Origin: an uncultured Actinomycetes bacterium
Lineage (GTDB): Bacteria > Actinomycetota > Actinomycetes > S36-B12 > CAIYMF01
Reading direction: 5' to 3'
Assembly: GCA_963843975.1 (NCBI GenBank)
Contig: CAWJMG010000001.1
Coordinates: 30,001-62,000, forward strand
Length of the DNA stretch: 32,000 nt
Shown here: in pieces, positions 23,956 through 31,577 of the stretch
Layout: every line of letters begins with the position of its first letter
Numbering within the stretch: the stretch's first letter is position 1
Program-made: the position numbers and the translations under genes
The notes under the pieces: generated by a model
Database searches by the model: none
Seen by the model: only the letters and a program-made list of their open reading frames with translations
Told to the model about the DNA's origin: nothing

Positions 23956-26103
23956 GTGTCCACGGACGCGTCCTCGCACGAGCTGCCGTCGCCGACGGTC
24001 GTGCGCCCTCCCGGCCTGCCCACGCCCCTCGGCGCCACGTGGACGCCGGAGGGCCTCAACCTCGCGGTCCGCGCCCCCTCGGCCGAGCTGCTCGAGGCGT
24101 GCCTGTTCCTGGACGGCCACGAGGTGCGCGTGCCGCTCGAGGCCCGCAGCCACGGCGTCCACCACGGGTTCCTCCCCGGCGTCGAGCTCGGCACGCAGTA
24201 CGGCCTGCGCGCGCACGGCCCGTGGGTGCCCGACCACGGCCTCCGGTTCAACCCCGCCAAGCTGCTCGTCGACCCGTACGCCCGCGCGATCACCGGCGAC
24301 GTCACCTCCGCCGACGTGCCGCGCCCGGTCATGCCGACCGACGGGTCCAAGCCCGACCCGCGCGACTCCTCGCCCTACGTCCCCCGCGGCGTCGTCGTGA
24401 GCGACGGGTTCGACTGGCGCGACGACGCGCCGCCCGCCACGCCGTGGGGCGAGACCGTCGTCTACGAGGCGCACGTCAAGGGCTTCACCAAGCGGCACCC
24501 GCTGATCCCCGAGAACATCCGGGGCACGTACGCCGGCCTCGCCCACCCGGCCGCGATCGAGCACCTGACCTCGCTCGGCGTCACGGCGGTGGAGCTGCTC
24601 CCCGTCCACCACTCGGTGGCCGAGCCGGCGCTGGCCGCTCGCGGCACCCGCAACTACTGGGGCTACTCGACCCTCGGCTTCTTCGCACCGCACGCGGCGT
24701 ACTCCGCCGACCAGACGCCCGGCGCGCAGGTCGGCGAGTTCAAGTACATGGTCCGCCAGCTGCACGCCGCAGGCATCGAGGTGATCCTCGACGTCGTCTA
24801 CAACCACACGTGCGAGGGCGGCCCCGACGGCCCGTCGCTGTCGTTCCGCGGCCTCGGCGAGCGCGACTTCTACAAGCTCGCGCCGCACAGCGGCCACTAC
24901 GTCGACACGACCGGCTGCGGCAACACCCTCGACGTCGGCGACCTCGACGTCCTGCGCCTTGTCATGGACTCGCTGCGCTACTGGGTCACCGAGATGCATG
25001 TCGACGGCTTCCGCTTCGACCTCGCCACCGCGCTCACCCGCGAGCGCATGGACTTCGACGAGCGTTCACCCTTCCTCGCCGCCGTCCACCAGGACCCGGT
25101 GCTGCGCCAGGTGAAGCTCATCTCCGAGCCGTGGGACCTCGGCCCGGGCGGATACCGCCTCGGCCAGTTCGGATCCCCGTGGGCGGAGTGGAACGACGCC
25201 TACCGCGACGACGTGCGCCGTTTCTGGCGCGGCGGTCCGTCGCCGAAGGAGGCGCCCGCCGACCTCGGCTGGCGCTTCACCGGCTCGCAGGACGTCTTCT
25301 CCGGCCGCACCCCGGCTGCGTCGCTCAACTTCCTCACCGCCCACGACGGCTTCACGATGCGCGACCTCGTCTCGTACGACCGCAAGCACAACGAGGCCAA
25401 CGGCGAGGACAACCGCGACGGCACCGACAACAACTCGTCGTGGAACCACGGCGTCGAGGGCCCGACCACGGACCGCGAGATCAACCTCGCAAGGCTGCGC
25501 ACCGGCCGCGCGATGATGGCCACGCTGCTGCTCTCGGCCGGCACCCCGATGATCGTCGCGGGCGACGAGATGGGTCGCACCCAGGGCGGCAACAACAACG
25601 CCTACAACCAGGACAACGAGATCTCCTGGCTCGACTGGGACCTCGAGCCCTGGCAGGTCGATCTCCTCGAGTGGACGCGCGTCACGCTCAACGCGCGTCG
25701 CCACCACCCGACGCTGCGCCAGACCAACTTCTTCGACGGCCGCCCGGTGGCCGAGGGCCAGCCCAAGGACCTCGAGTGGCTGCGCCCCGACGGCACGGCG
25801 ATGACCGACGCCGACTGGAACTCCCCCGACACCGACTGCCTCGTCATGGCGCTCAACGGCCAGCTGGGTGAGCGCGACGTCGACGGCCACCCGCTGCGCG
25901 ACTCGGCCTTCCTCGTCGCGCTCAACCGCGGCGACGCCGAGGTGCCGCTGGTGCTGCCGAAGACGCCGTACGGCAACGGCTACCGCCGACTGCTCGACAC
26001 AGACGACAAGCGCCCGACCACCGCGGTGAAGACCGACCTGAGCGGCAGCACGGTCCGCGTCGCTCCGCGCTCGGTCGCGCTCTTCCGCGTCGAGACCACC
26101 TAG
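23956..26103 (+). CDS. glgX: Glycogen debranching enzyme GlgX (GH13)
   Basis: PLGATWTPEGLNLAV, VVYEAHVKGFT, YWGYSTLGFFAP, VILDVVYNHT, DGFRFDLA, EPWD and FLTAHDGFT motifs. Start GTG 23956 is in frame by arithmetic. GTG 24001 is an alternative. Confidence 0.92.
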   Translation: MSTDASSHELPSPTVVRPPGLPTPLGATWTPEGLNLAVRAPSAELLEACLFLDGHEVRVPLEARSHGVHHGFLPGVELGTQYGLRAHGPWVPDHGLRFNPAKLLVDPYARAITGDVTSADVPRPVMPTDGSKPDPRDSSPYVPRGVVVSDGFDWRDDAPPATPWGETVVYEAHVKGFTKRHPLIPENIRGTYAGLAHPAAIEHLTSLGVTAVELLPVHHSVAEPALAARGTRNYWGYSTLGFFAPHAAYSADQTPGAQVGEFKYMVRQLHAAGIEVILDVVYNHTCEGGPDGPSLSFRGLGERDFYKLAPHSGHYVDTTGCGNTLDVGDLDVLRLVMDSLRYWVTEMHVDGFRFDLATALTRERMDFDERSPFLAAVHQDPVLRQVKLISEPWDLGPGGYRLGQFGSPWAEWNDAYRDDVRRFWRGGPSPKEAPADLGWRFTGSQDVFSGRTPAASLNFLTAHDGFTMRDLVSYDRKHNEANGEDNRDGTDNNSSWNHGVEGPTTDREINLARLRTGRAMMATLLLSAGTPMIVAGDEMGRTQGGNNNAYNQDNEISWLDWDLEPWQVDLLEWTRVTLNARRHHPTLRQTNFFDGRPVAEGQPKDLEWLRPDGTAMTDADWNSPDTDCLVMALNGQLGERDVDGHPLRDSAFLVALNRGDAEVPLVLPKTPYGNGYRRLLDTDDKRPTTAVKTDLSGSTVRVAPRSVALFRVETT

Positions 26104-26147
26104 CAGATCCGCGCGCATCAGCGGCGCCCGCGGAGTTGGATGGCCCC

Positions 26148-26609
26148 ATGGACGTCATCCGTCGGTTCAGCCCCGAGGCGTACGCCCGAGCGCTGGAGTC
26201 CTGGGCGTGGGTCGACCTGTTCGGCAAGGAGCCGCGCTTCTGCTCGCCGTTCGGCGACGTGTTCCTGGAGGGCGTGGACGGCTGGTGGTTCCTCGACACG
26301 CTCGAGGGCACCATGACCCGCCGCTGGGAGTCCGCCGAGGCGTGCCACGCCGAGCTCAACACGGTCGAGGGGCAGGAGCAGTACCTCCTCGTCGGCCTCG
26401 CCGAGGCCGCTGACGCCGCCGGCGTGCACCCGGGCGACGACGAGGTCTACTCGTTCACGCGCCCGCCGGTGCTCGGCGGCGAGATGGAGCCGGCCAACGT
26501 CGAGCTGCTCGACTTCATCGTCTCGGTCAACCTCCTCGGCCAGATCCACGAGCAGGTCAAGGACCTCCCGCCCGGCGCCCACGTGGCGAAGCTCCAGCTC
26601 CACGACTGA
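26148..26609 (+). CDS. DUF1851 (T6SS immunity Tdi1 C-terminal-like) domain protein
   Basis: FGDVFLEGVDGWWFLDTLEGTMTRRWESAEACHAEL...VYSFTRPPVLGGEMEPANVELLDFIVSVNLLGQI matches my recollection of the DUF1851 pattern (GD.FL...G.v..LD...G......s..eF ... PP.LGGe....N.e..D..v.....GQl). The start is ATG 26148. The ORF track opens at TTG 26136. Confidence 0.6.
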   Translation: MDVIRRFSPEAYARALESWAWVDLFGKEPRFCSPFGDVFLEGVDGWWFLDTLEGTMTRRWESAEACHAELNTVEGQEQYLLVGLAEAADAAGVHPGDDEVYSFTRPPVLGGEMEPANVELLDFIVSVNLLGQIHEQVKDLPPGAHVAKLQLHD

Positions 26610-26687
26610 CCCCCCTCGCTGAACCTGATCAATCCGTCGTTTCCGGGCCTGGGAAACAACGGATTGATCAGTGCGAGCGGTGGGGTG
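26610..26687 (-). repeat. Palindromic intergenic repeat element, copy 1 (inverted relative to copies 2 and 3)
   Basis: The core is 26625-26671: CTGATCAATCCGTCGTTTCC-gggcct-GGGAAACAACGGATTGATCAG. Its reverse complement matches copy 3 arm-for-arm, including the flanks (CACCCCACCGCTCGCA ... GTTCAGCGAGGGGGG). It starts at the base after the DUF1851 stop. Confidence 0.85.
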
Positions 26688-26701
26688 GAACGTTCTGGGG
26701 C

Positions 26702-26738
26702 CCTCCTCACGATCAGTGGGTGACCATTGATGAGGAGG
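26702..26738 (+). promoter_or_regulatory. Bipartite hairpin pairing an anti-SD (CCTCCTCA) with the ECF sigma gene SD (TGAGGAGG)
   Basis: Outer stem 26702-26709 / 26731-26738 (8 bp, perfect). Inner stem TCAGTGG 26713-26719 / CCATTGA 26724-26730 (7 bp, one G.U) with a GTGA loop and a 3-nt bulge. The ATG is at 26746, 7 nt after the SD. Confidence 0.5.
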
Positions 26739-26745
26739 TGAGCGC

Positions 26746-27309
26746 ATGACGACGTCGAGCCCGGCGCCCCGTGCCGCTCCTACCCCGGACGAGGACGGCT
26801 TCCGCTCCTGGATGGCCGTCCGCGGGCCGGCGATCCGCCGCAAGGCATACCTGATGACCGGCGACTGGCACGCCGCCGACGACCTCACCCAGGACGTGCT
26901 CGTCACGGTCTACTCGCGCTGGTCGCGGGTGGCGCGCGGCACCAACGTCGACGCGTACGCCAACCGCGTGCTCGTCGGGAAGTACGTCGACGCCGCCCGC
27001 CGGCCCTGGCGGCGCGAGACAAGCGTCGACGACCACGTCGACCGCCCGGACGCGAGCGCCGCCACGCCGTTCGACGCCGTCGAGTCGGCCGACAGCCGGC
27101 TCGTCCGCGCCCTCGCCGACCTCTCCCCCGCGCACCGCTCCGTGGTGGTGCTGCGCTTCGTGGACGACCTCGCCGTGGACGAGATCGCCCGCACCCTCGA
27201 CATCCCCGCCGGGACCGTGAAGAGCCGGCTGTCGCGCGCGGTCGACGCGCTGCGCACCGCCCTCGGCCCGGGCGTCACCACCCCCGCTGACCTGGAGGAC
27301 CCGTCATGA
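26746..27309 (+). CDS. ECF RNA polymerase sigma factor (actinobacterial SigE-family type)
   Basis: 187-aa ORF. The region 2 signature is HAADDLTQDVLVTVYSRW. The region 4 HTH is LSPAHRSVVVLRFVDDLAVDEIARTLDIPAGTVKSRLSRAVDALR. Confidence 0.88.
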   Translation: MTTSSPAPRAAPTPDEDGFRSWMAVRGPAIRRKAYLMTGDWHAADDLTQDVLVTVYSRWSRVARGTNVDAYANRVLVGKYVDAARRPWRRETSVDDHVDRPDASAATPFDAVESADSRLVRALADLSPAHRSVVVLRFVDDLAVDEIARTLDIPAGTVKSRLSRAVDALRTALGPGVTTPADLEDPS

Positions 27310-28085
27310 GCCCCGACCTGAAGGACGTCTTCGACGACGCCGGCCGCACCCCGCCGCACGGCCGCGGCTACGACGCCGACGAGGTCGTGCGCCGAGGCGC
27401 CCGCATCCGCACCCGCCGCCGGGTCCTGACCGGCGCCGCCACCCTCGGCGTCGCGGCGGTCGTGGTCGGCGGCAGCATCGCCCTGATCGGCCAGCCCCTG
27501 AACGAGGGCACCGCGATCCAGCCTGGCGATGGCGGCTCGACCTCGGCCGCGCCCACGAGTCCGACCGACGGCCCGAGCAGCGCCACCCCCACGACCGATG
27601 CCTCGCCGAGACCGTCGTCCACCTGGCAGTGGTGCCGGGTGGACGACGTCACGCTGACGCTCAGCGACAGCGGGGCGGCGGCCGGAACGGCGTACAGCGT
27701 GATCCTGATCAAGGCCAAGCCCGGCATCACCTGCAAGGTCGAAGGCTTCGCCTACGTTGAGGCCACCAGGGCGGTAGGCGACTCCATCGGTCCCGCCGCC
27801 GAATCGGGCGAGGCATCGGGCGACTACCCGGTGACCGGCAGCACGGTCGCGTCGTTCCTGGTCGGGATCGCCAACAGCGCCAACTACGACTCGGCGGTCT
27901 GCCTGCCTGTCTCGGCGACTGCGCTGAACGTCGCACTGAACCTCGCGTCGCTCGGCACCAACCCGATCGACCAGCGGATCGCCGTCCCCCTGCCCGACGG
28001 CGTGACCGTGTGCAGCGGAAACGTGAGCCAGTTCGGCAACCAACTGACCGTGACTCCGATCGTCACCGGGCCCGACGGCCAGTAG
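27306..28085 (+). CDS. Single-pass membrane protein with an extracytoplasmic DUF4232 domain. Putative cognate anti-sigma or partner of the upstream ECF sigma.
   Basis: ATGA overlap with the sigma gene. Short cytoplasmic N-terminus, TM segment VLTGAATLGVAAVVVGGSIALIG and a P/S/T linker. The DUF4232-like segment is WCRVDDVTLTLSDSGAAAGTAYSVILIKAKPGITCKVEGFAYVE with further conserved Cys. There is no zf-HC2 motif, so the anti-sigma role rests on position only. Confidence 0.6.
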   Translation: MSPDLKDVFDDAGRTPPHGRGYDADEVVRRGARIRTRRRVLTGAATLGVAAVVVGGSIALIGQPLNEGTAIQPGDGGSTSAAPTSPTDGPSSATPTTDASPRPSSTWQWCRVDDVTLTLSDSGAAAGTAYSVILIKAKPGITCKVEGFAYVEATRAVGDSIGPAAESGEASGDYPVTGSTVASFLVGIANSANYDSAVCLPVSATALNVALNLASLGTNPIDQRIAVPLPDGVTVCSGNVSQFGNQLTVTPIVTGPDGQ

Positions 28086-28162
28086 CCCCACCTGCCCGCA
28101 CTGATCAATCCGTTGTTTCCCGGCGCCGGAAGCGACGGATTGATCAGGCTGAGCGTGGGGGG
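28086..28162 (+). repeat. Palindromic intergenic repeat element, copy 2
   Basis: The core is 28101-28147: CTGATCAATCCGTTGTTTCC-cggcgcc-GGAAGCGACGGATTGATCAG. The flanks are CCCCACCTGCCCGCA / GCTGAGCGTGGGGGG. It starts at the base after the DUF4232 gene stop. Confidence 0.85.
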
Positions 28163-28195
28163 TTACCCGGGGCGTTGGGCGGGTAGGTCGGTGGC

Positions 28196-28798
28196 ATGAC
28201 TGATCTGCAGAACCCCACCCTCACCGATGACCCGACGACGCTCCTCGCCGGACGCTCCGTGCTGTTCCTCACCGCCGACGAGGGCGTCGAGAAGGCCGAG
28301 CTCGTCGAGCCGTGGCGCGCGGTGGAGGAGGCCGGCGGCTCGCCGGTCCTCGCCTCCACCGGAGGTGCCGAGGTGGCCCTCTTCGAGCACCTCGACGCCT
28401 CCGGGACGCGCAAGGCCGACCTCACGACCGCCGACGCCAGCGCCGACGACTACGACGCGCTCGTCCTGCCGGGCGGCGTCACCAACGCCGACGAGCTGCG
28501 CACCGACGCCGCGGCCGTGGCCCTGGTGAAGGAGTTCGTGACCAGCGGCAAGCCGGTCGCCGTCGTCTGCCACGGCGCGTGGTCGATGGTCGAGGCCGAC
28601 GTCGTCCGCGGCCGCACCCTCACGTCGTGGCCGAGCCTGCAGACCGACCTGCGCAACGCGGGCGCCGAATGGCGCGACGCCGAGCTCCTCACCTGCACCA
28701 ACGGCCCCGGCCCGATCATCAGCAGCCGCATGCCCGACGACCTCCCGGTCTTCACGGCTGCCCTCGTCGAGCAGGTCGCCACGCTCCCGGCCCGCTGA
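28196..28798 (+). CDS. DJ-1/PfpI family protein (type 1 glutamine amidotransferase-like fold)
   Basis: 200-aa ORF. DALVLPGGVTNADELR is followed by the nucleophile elbow KPVAVVCHGAW and then ISSRMPDDLPVF. Confidence 0.85.
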   Translation: MTDLQNPTLTDDPTTLLAGRSVLFLTADEGVEKAELVEPWRAVEEAGGSPVLASTGGAEVALFEHLDASGTRKADLTTADASADDYDALVLPGGVTNADELRTDAAAVALVKEFVTSGKPVAVVCHGAWSMVEADVVRGRTLTSWPSLQTDLRNAGAEWRDAELLTCTNGPGPIISSRMPDDLPVFTAALVEQVATLPAR

Positions 28799-28877
28799 CA
28801 CCCACCCCGCTCGCACTGATCAATCCGTTGTTTCCCAGGGCGGGAAACGACGGATTGATCAGGCTGAGCGGACGGGG
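28799..28877 (+). repeat. Palindromic intergenic repeat element, copy 3
   Basis: The core is 28816-28862: CTGATCAATCCGTTGTTTCC-cagggcg-GGAAACGACGGATTGATCAG. The flanks are CACCCACCCCGCTCGCA / GCTGAGCGGACGGGG. It starts at the base after the DJ-1 gene stop. Confidence 0.85.
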
Positions 28878-28880
28878 CGT

Positions 28881-28927
28881 ACGACGACGGCGCCGCTCCC
28901 CTCGCGGGGGGCGGCGCCGTCGTTCGT
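28881..28927. terminator. Long GC-rich hairpin (about 21-24 bp stem) between the convergent DJ-1 gene and glgP. Probable bidirectional terminator.
   Basis: ACGACGACGGCGCCGCTCCCC-tcgc-GGGGGGCGGCGCCGTCGTTCGT read directly, with one wobble and one bulge. It lies 13 nt from the glgP stop. Confidence 0.65.
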
Positions 28928-28940
28928 GCAGAGGGTGCGA

Positions 28941-31541
28941 TCAGGCGGACTCGGCGGCCGTGACCGTCGGGACGGCCTGGAGGCCGAGCTCGGACGGGTT
29001 CGACAGGCCCGCGTGCTGCGGGAGCACGCGCACCGTGTAGCCGAACGGGCCGGTGTCCTCGAGCGCCAGCTTGATCTCGTAGCGCCAGCGGTTGGCCTCG
29101 TACCCCTCGACCGGGACGAGCGCGGTGTGCCGCGGCTCGACGATCCGGTCGTTGTGGTCGACGCGACCGCTCACGAGCTCGACCGTGACGTCGTCACCCG
29201 TGAGGTCGCCGAGGGCGACGTACGCACGCACCGAGAGCTCGGTGCCGCGCTCCGGGGAGTCGCCGACGCCGGACGCCTCGACGTGCTCGACGCGGACGCC
29301 GTGCCACGCCTTGCGCACCTTCGCCTCGTACGCCGCGAGCTCCTTGGCGAGCGCCGCGTTGCCGGCGAGCACCTCGCGCGACGACACAGCGGCCGGCGCG
29401 TAGAGCTTGTTGACGTAGTCGCGGACCATGCGCGAGGCGAGGACCTTCGGCCCGAGCGTCGCGAGGGTGTGCTGGAGCATCGTGATCCAGCGCGTCGGGA
29501 GGCCGGTGGCGTCGAGGTCGTAGTAGCGCGACGCGACCGACTTCTCCACGAGGTCGTAGAGCGCGGCGGCCTCGAGGTCGTCACGACGGTCGGGGTCGAC
29601 GACGCCGTCCGCGGTCGGGATGGCCCAGCCGTTCTCGCCGTCGTACCACTCGTCCCACCACCCGTCGAGGATCGACAGGTTGAGGCCGCCGTTGAGTGCC
29701 GCCTTCATGCCCGACGTGCCGCAGGCCTCGAGCGGGCGCAGCGGGTTGTTGAGCCAGACGTCGCAGCCCGGGTAGAGCAGGCGCGCCATGCCGATGTCGT
29801 AGTCCGGCAGGAACACGATGCGGTGACGGACCTCGGGGTCGTCGGCGAAGTGCACGAGCTTCTGGATCAACTTCTTGCCGCCGTCGTCCGCGGGGTGCGA
29901 CTTGCCGGCGATGATGAGCTGGACCGGGCGCTCGGGGTGCAGCAGCAGCGCCTTCAGCCGCGCAGGGTCGCGCAGCATGAGGGTGAGCCGCTTGTACGAC
30001 GGGACGCGACGGGCGAAGCCGATCGTGAGCACGTCGGGCGACAGGACGTCGTCGATCCAGCCGAGCTCGGCGTCGGACGCACCGCGCTGGATCCACGAGG
30101 CGCGCAGACGGGCACGGACATCGTCGACGAGGCGCGAGCGCAGGACGCGCTTGGTCGACCAGAGGTCGGCGGCCGGGATCTGGCCTGCGGCCTCCCAGCC
30201 GCGGGTCTCCTCGGCGTCCTCGGGGCCCACGATCTTCGCAAGGAGGTCGCGCACCTCGCGCGCCACCCACGTGGAGGCGTGGACGCCGTTGGTGATCGAG
30301 CCGATCGGCACCTCGTCCTCGTCGAAGCCCGGCCAGAGGCCGGAGAACATCCCGCGGCTCACCTCGCCGTGCAGCACCGAGACGCCGTTGGCACGCTGGC
30401 CGAGGCGCAGGCCCATGACGGCCATGTTGAAGACCGTCGGGTCGCCGCCGTCGTAGTCCTCGGCGCCGATCGCGAGCACGCGCTCGACCGGGACTCCGGC
30501 CGCCGCGTTGTCGCCGCCGAAGTACTGCTCGACCAGGACGCGCGGGAAGCGGTCGATGCCCGCGGGCACCGGGGTGTGCGTGGTGAAGACGGTGCCGGCG
30601 CGGGCGGCCGACAGCGCCTCGTCGAACGTGAGGCCCTGCGCGGTGACGAGCTCACGGATGCGCTCGAGGCCGAGGAAGCCGGCGTGGCCCTCGTTGGTGT
30701 GGAACACCTCGGGCTCGGGGGCGCCGGTGATGCGCGCGTAGGCACGCAGCGCGCGGACGCCGCCGACGCCGAGCAGCAGCTCCTGCTGCAGGCGGTGCTC
30801 GCCACCGCCGCCGTACAGGCGGTCGGTGACCTCGCGCTCGGCGCGCTCGTTCTCCTCGACGTCGGAGTCGAGCATGAGCAGCGGGACGCGACCGACGTCG
30901 GCCTTCCACACGTGCGCGTGGAGGGTGCGGCCGCCGGGGATGCCGATCTTGATGACGACGGGCGAGCCGTCGGCCTCGCGCAGCAGGGACAGGGGCAGGC
31001 CGTCCGGGTCGAGGACGGGGTACTGCTCCTGCTGCCAGCCGTCGAGCGACAGCGACTGGCGGAAGTAGCCGGCGCGGTAGAACAGGCCCACCCCGACGAT
31101 CGGCACGCCGAGGTCGGAGGCCGACTTCAGGTGGTCGCCGGCGAGGATGCCGAGGCCGCCGGAGTACTGCGGCAGCACCTCGGTGATGCCGAACTCGGGC
31201 GAGAAGTACGCGATCGCCTTCGGGGCGTCGGCGCCGAGGGACTGGTACCAGCGGTCGCCGGTCAGGTAGGTCTGGAGACCGTCGGCGACCCAGGTCACGT
31301 GCCCGACGAAGTCCTCGTCGGTGGCGAGCTCGGCCCAGCGGGCCGACGGGACCTCGCCGAGCAGGCGTACCGGGTCATGGCCGACCTCGTCCCAGAGGGT
31401 GGGGTCGATGCGGGCGAAGAGGTCCTGGGTCTCCGGGTTCCACGACCACCGCAGGTTGGCCGCGATGGCGGCCAGCGGCTCGAGGGACTCGGGCAGGACT
31501 GTGCGGACGGTGAACCGTCGGATTGCTCTCACCCGCTCCAC
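28941..31541 (-). CDS. glgP: Alpha-glucan (glycogen/maltodextrin) phosphorylase, GT35, actinobacterial 'alpha-glucan family phosphorylase' type
   Basis: 866-aa ORF with GTG start. AYFSPEFG, LPQYSGGLGILAGDHLKSASDLG, HTNEGHAGF, FTTHTPVPAG, FARRVPSYKR (PLP-Lys region) and EACGTSGMKAALNG. Confidence 0.92.
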   Translation of the reverse strand: MERVRAIRRFTVRTVLPESLEPLAAIAANLRWSWNPETQDLFARIDPTLWDEVGHDPVRLLGEVPSARWAELATDEDFVGHVTWVADGLQTYLTGDRWYQSLGADAPKAIAYFSPEFGITEVLPQYSGGLGILAGDHLKSASDLGVPIVGVGLFYRAGYFRQSLSLDGWQQEQYPVLDPDGLPLSLLREADGSPVVIKIGIPGGRTLHAHVWKADVGRVPLLMLDSDVEENERAEREVTDRLYGGGGEHRLQQELLLGVGGVRALRAYARITGAPEPEVFHTNEGHAGFLGLERIRELVTAQGLTFDEALSAARAGTVFTTHTPVPAGIDRFPRVLVEQYFGGDNAAAGVPVERVLAIGAEDYDGGDPTVFNMAVMGLRLGQRANGVSVLHGEVSRGMFSGLWPGFDEDEVPIGSITNGVHASTWVAREVRDLLAKIVGPEDAEETRGWEAAGQIPAADLWSTKRVLRSRLVDDVRARLRASWIQRGASDAELGWIDDVLSPDVLTIGFARRVPSYKRLTLMLRDPARLKALLLHPERPVQLIIAGKSHPADDGGKKLIQKLVHFADDPEVRHRIVFLPDYDIGMARLLYPGCDVWLNNPLRPLEACGTSGMKAALNGGLNLSILDGWWDEWYDGENGWAIPTADGVVDPDRRDDLEAAALYDLVEKSVASRYYDLDATGLPTRWITMLQHTLATLGPKVLASRMVRDYVNKLYAPAAVSSREVLAGNAALAKELAAYEAKVRKAWHGVRVEHVEASGVGDSPERGTELSVRAYVALGDLTGDDVTVELVSGRVDHNDRIVEPRHTALVPVEGYEANRWRYEIKLALEDTGPFGYTVRVLPQHAGLSNPSELGLQAVPTVTAAESA

Positions 31542-31545
31542 GATA

Positions 31546-31577
31546 GGGCGGGTTTGTTACGCGGGGGGAACCCGCCC
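31546..31577. promoter_or_regulatory. 9-bp perfect inverted repeat GGGCGGGTT-N14-AACCCGCCC, 4 nt upstream of the glgP start codon
   Basis: Read directly. It sits in the lower-GC 105-bp divergent glgP/glgE spacer, which also carries four phased (G)TTAC motifs. Confidence 0.4.

Noticed and set aside
26610-28877. Reading the gene/palindrome/gene/palindrome layout as integron cassettes with attC sites
   Set aside because: There is no intI integrase or attI in the window. The arms lack the GTTRRRY / RYYYAAC core sites. One unit contains two coupled genes with their own apparent regulatory leader. The three copies are far more similar to each other than attC sites usually are.
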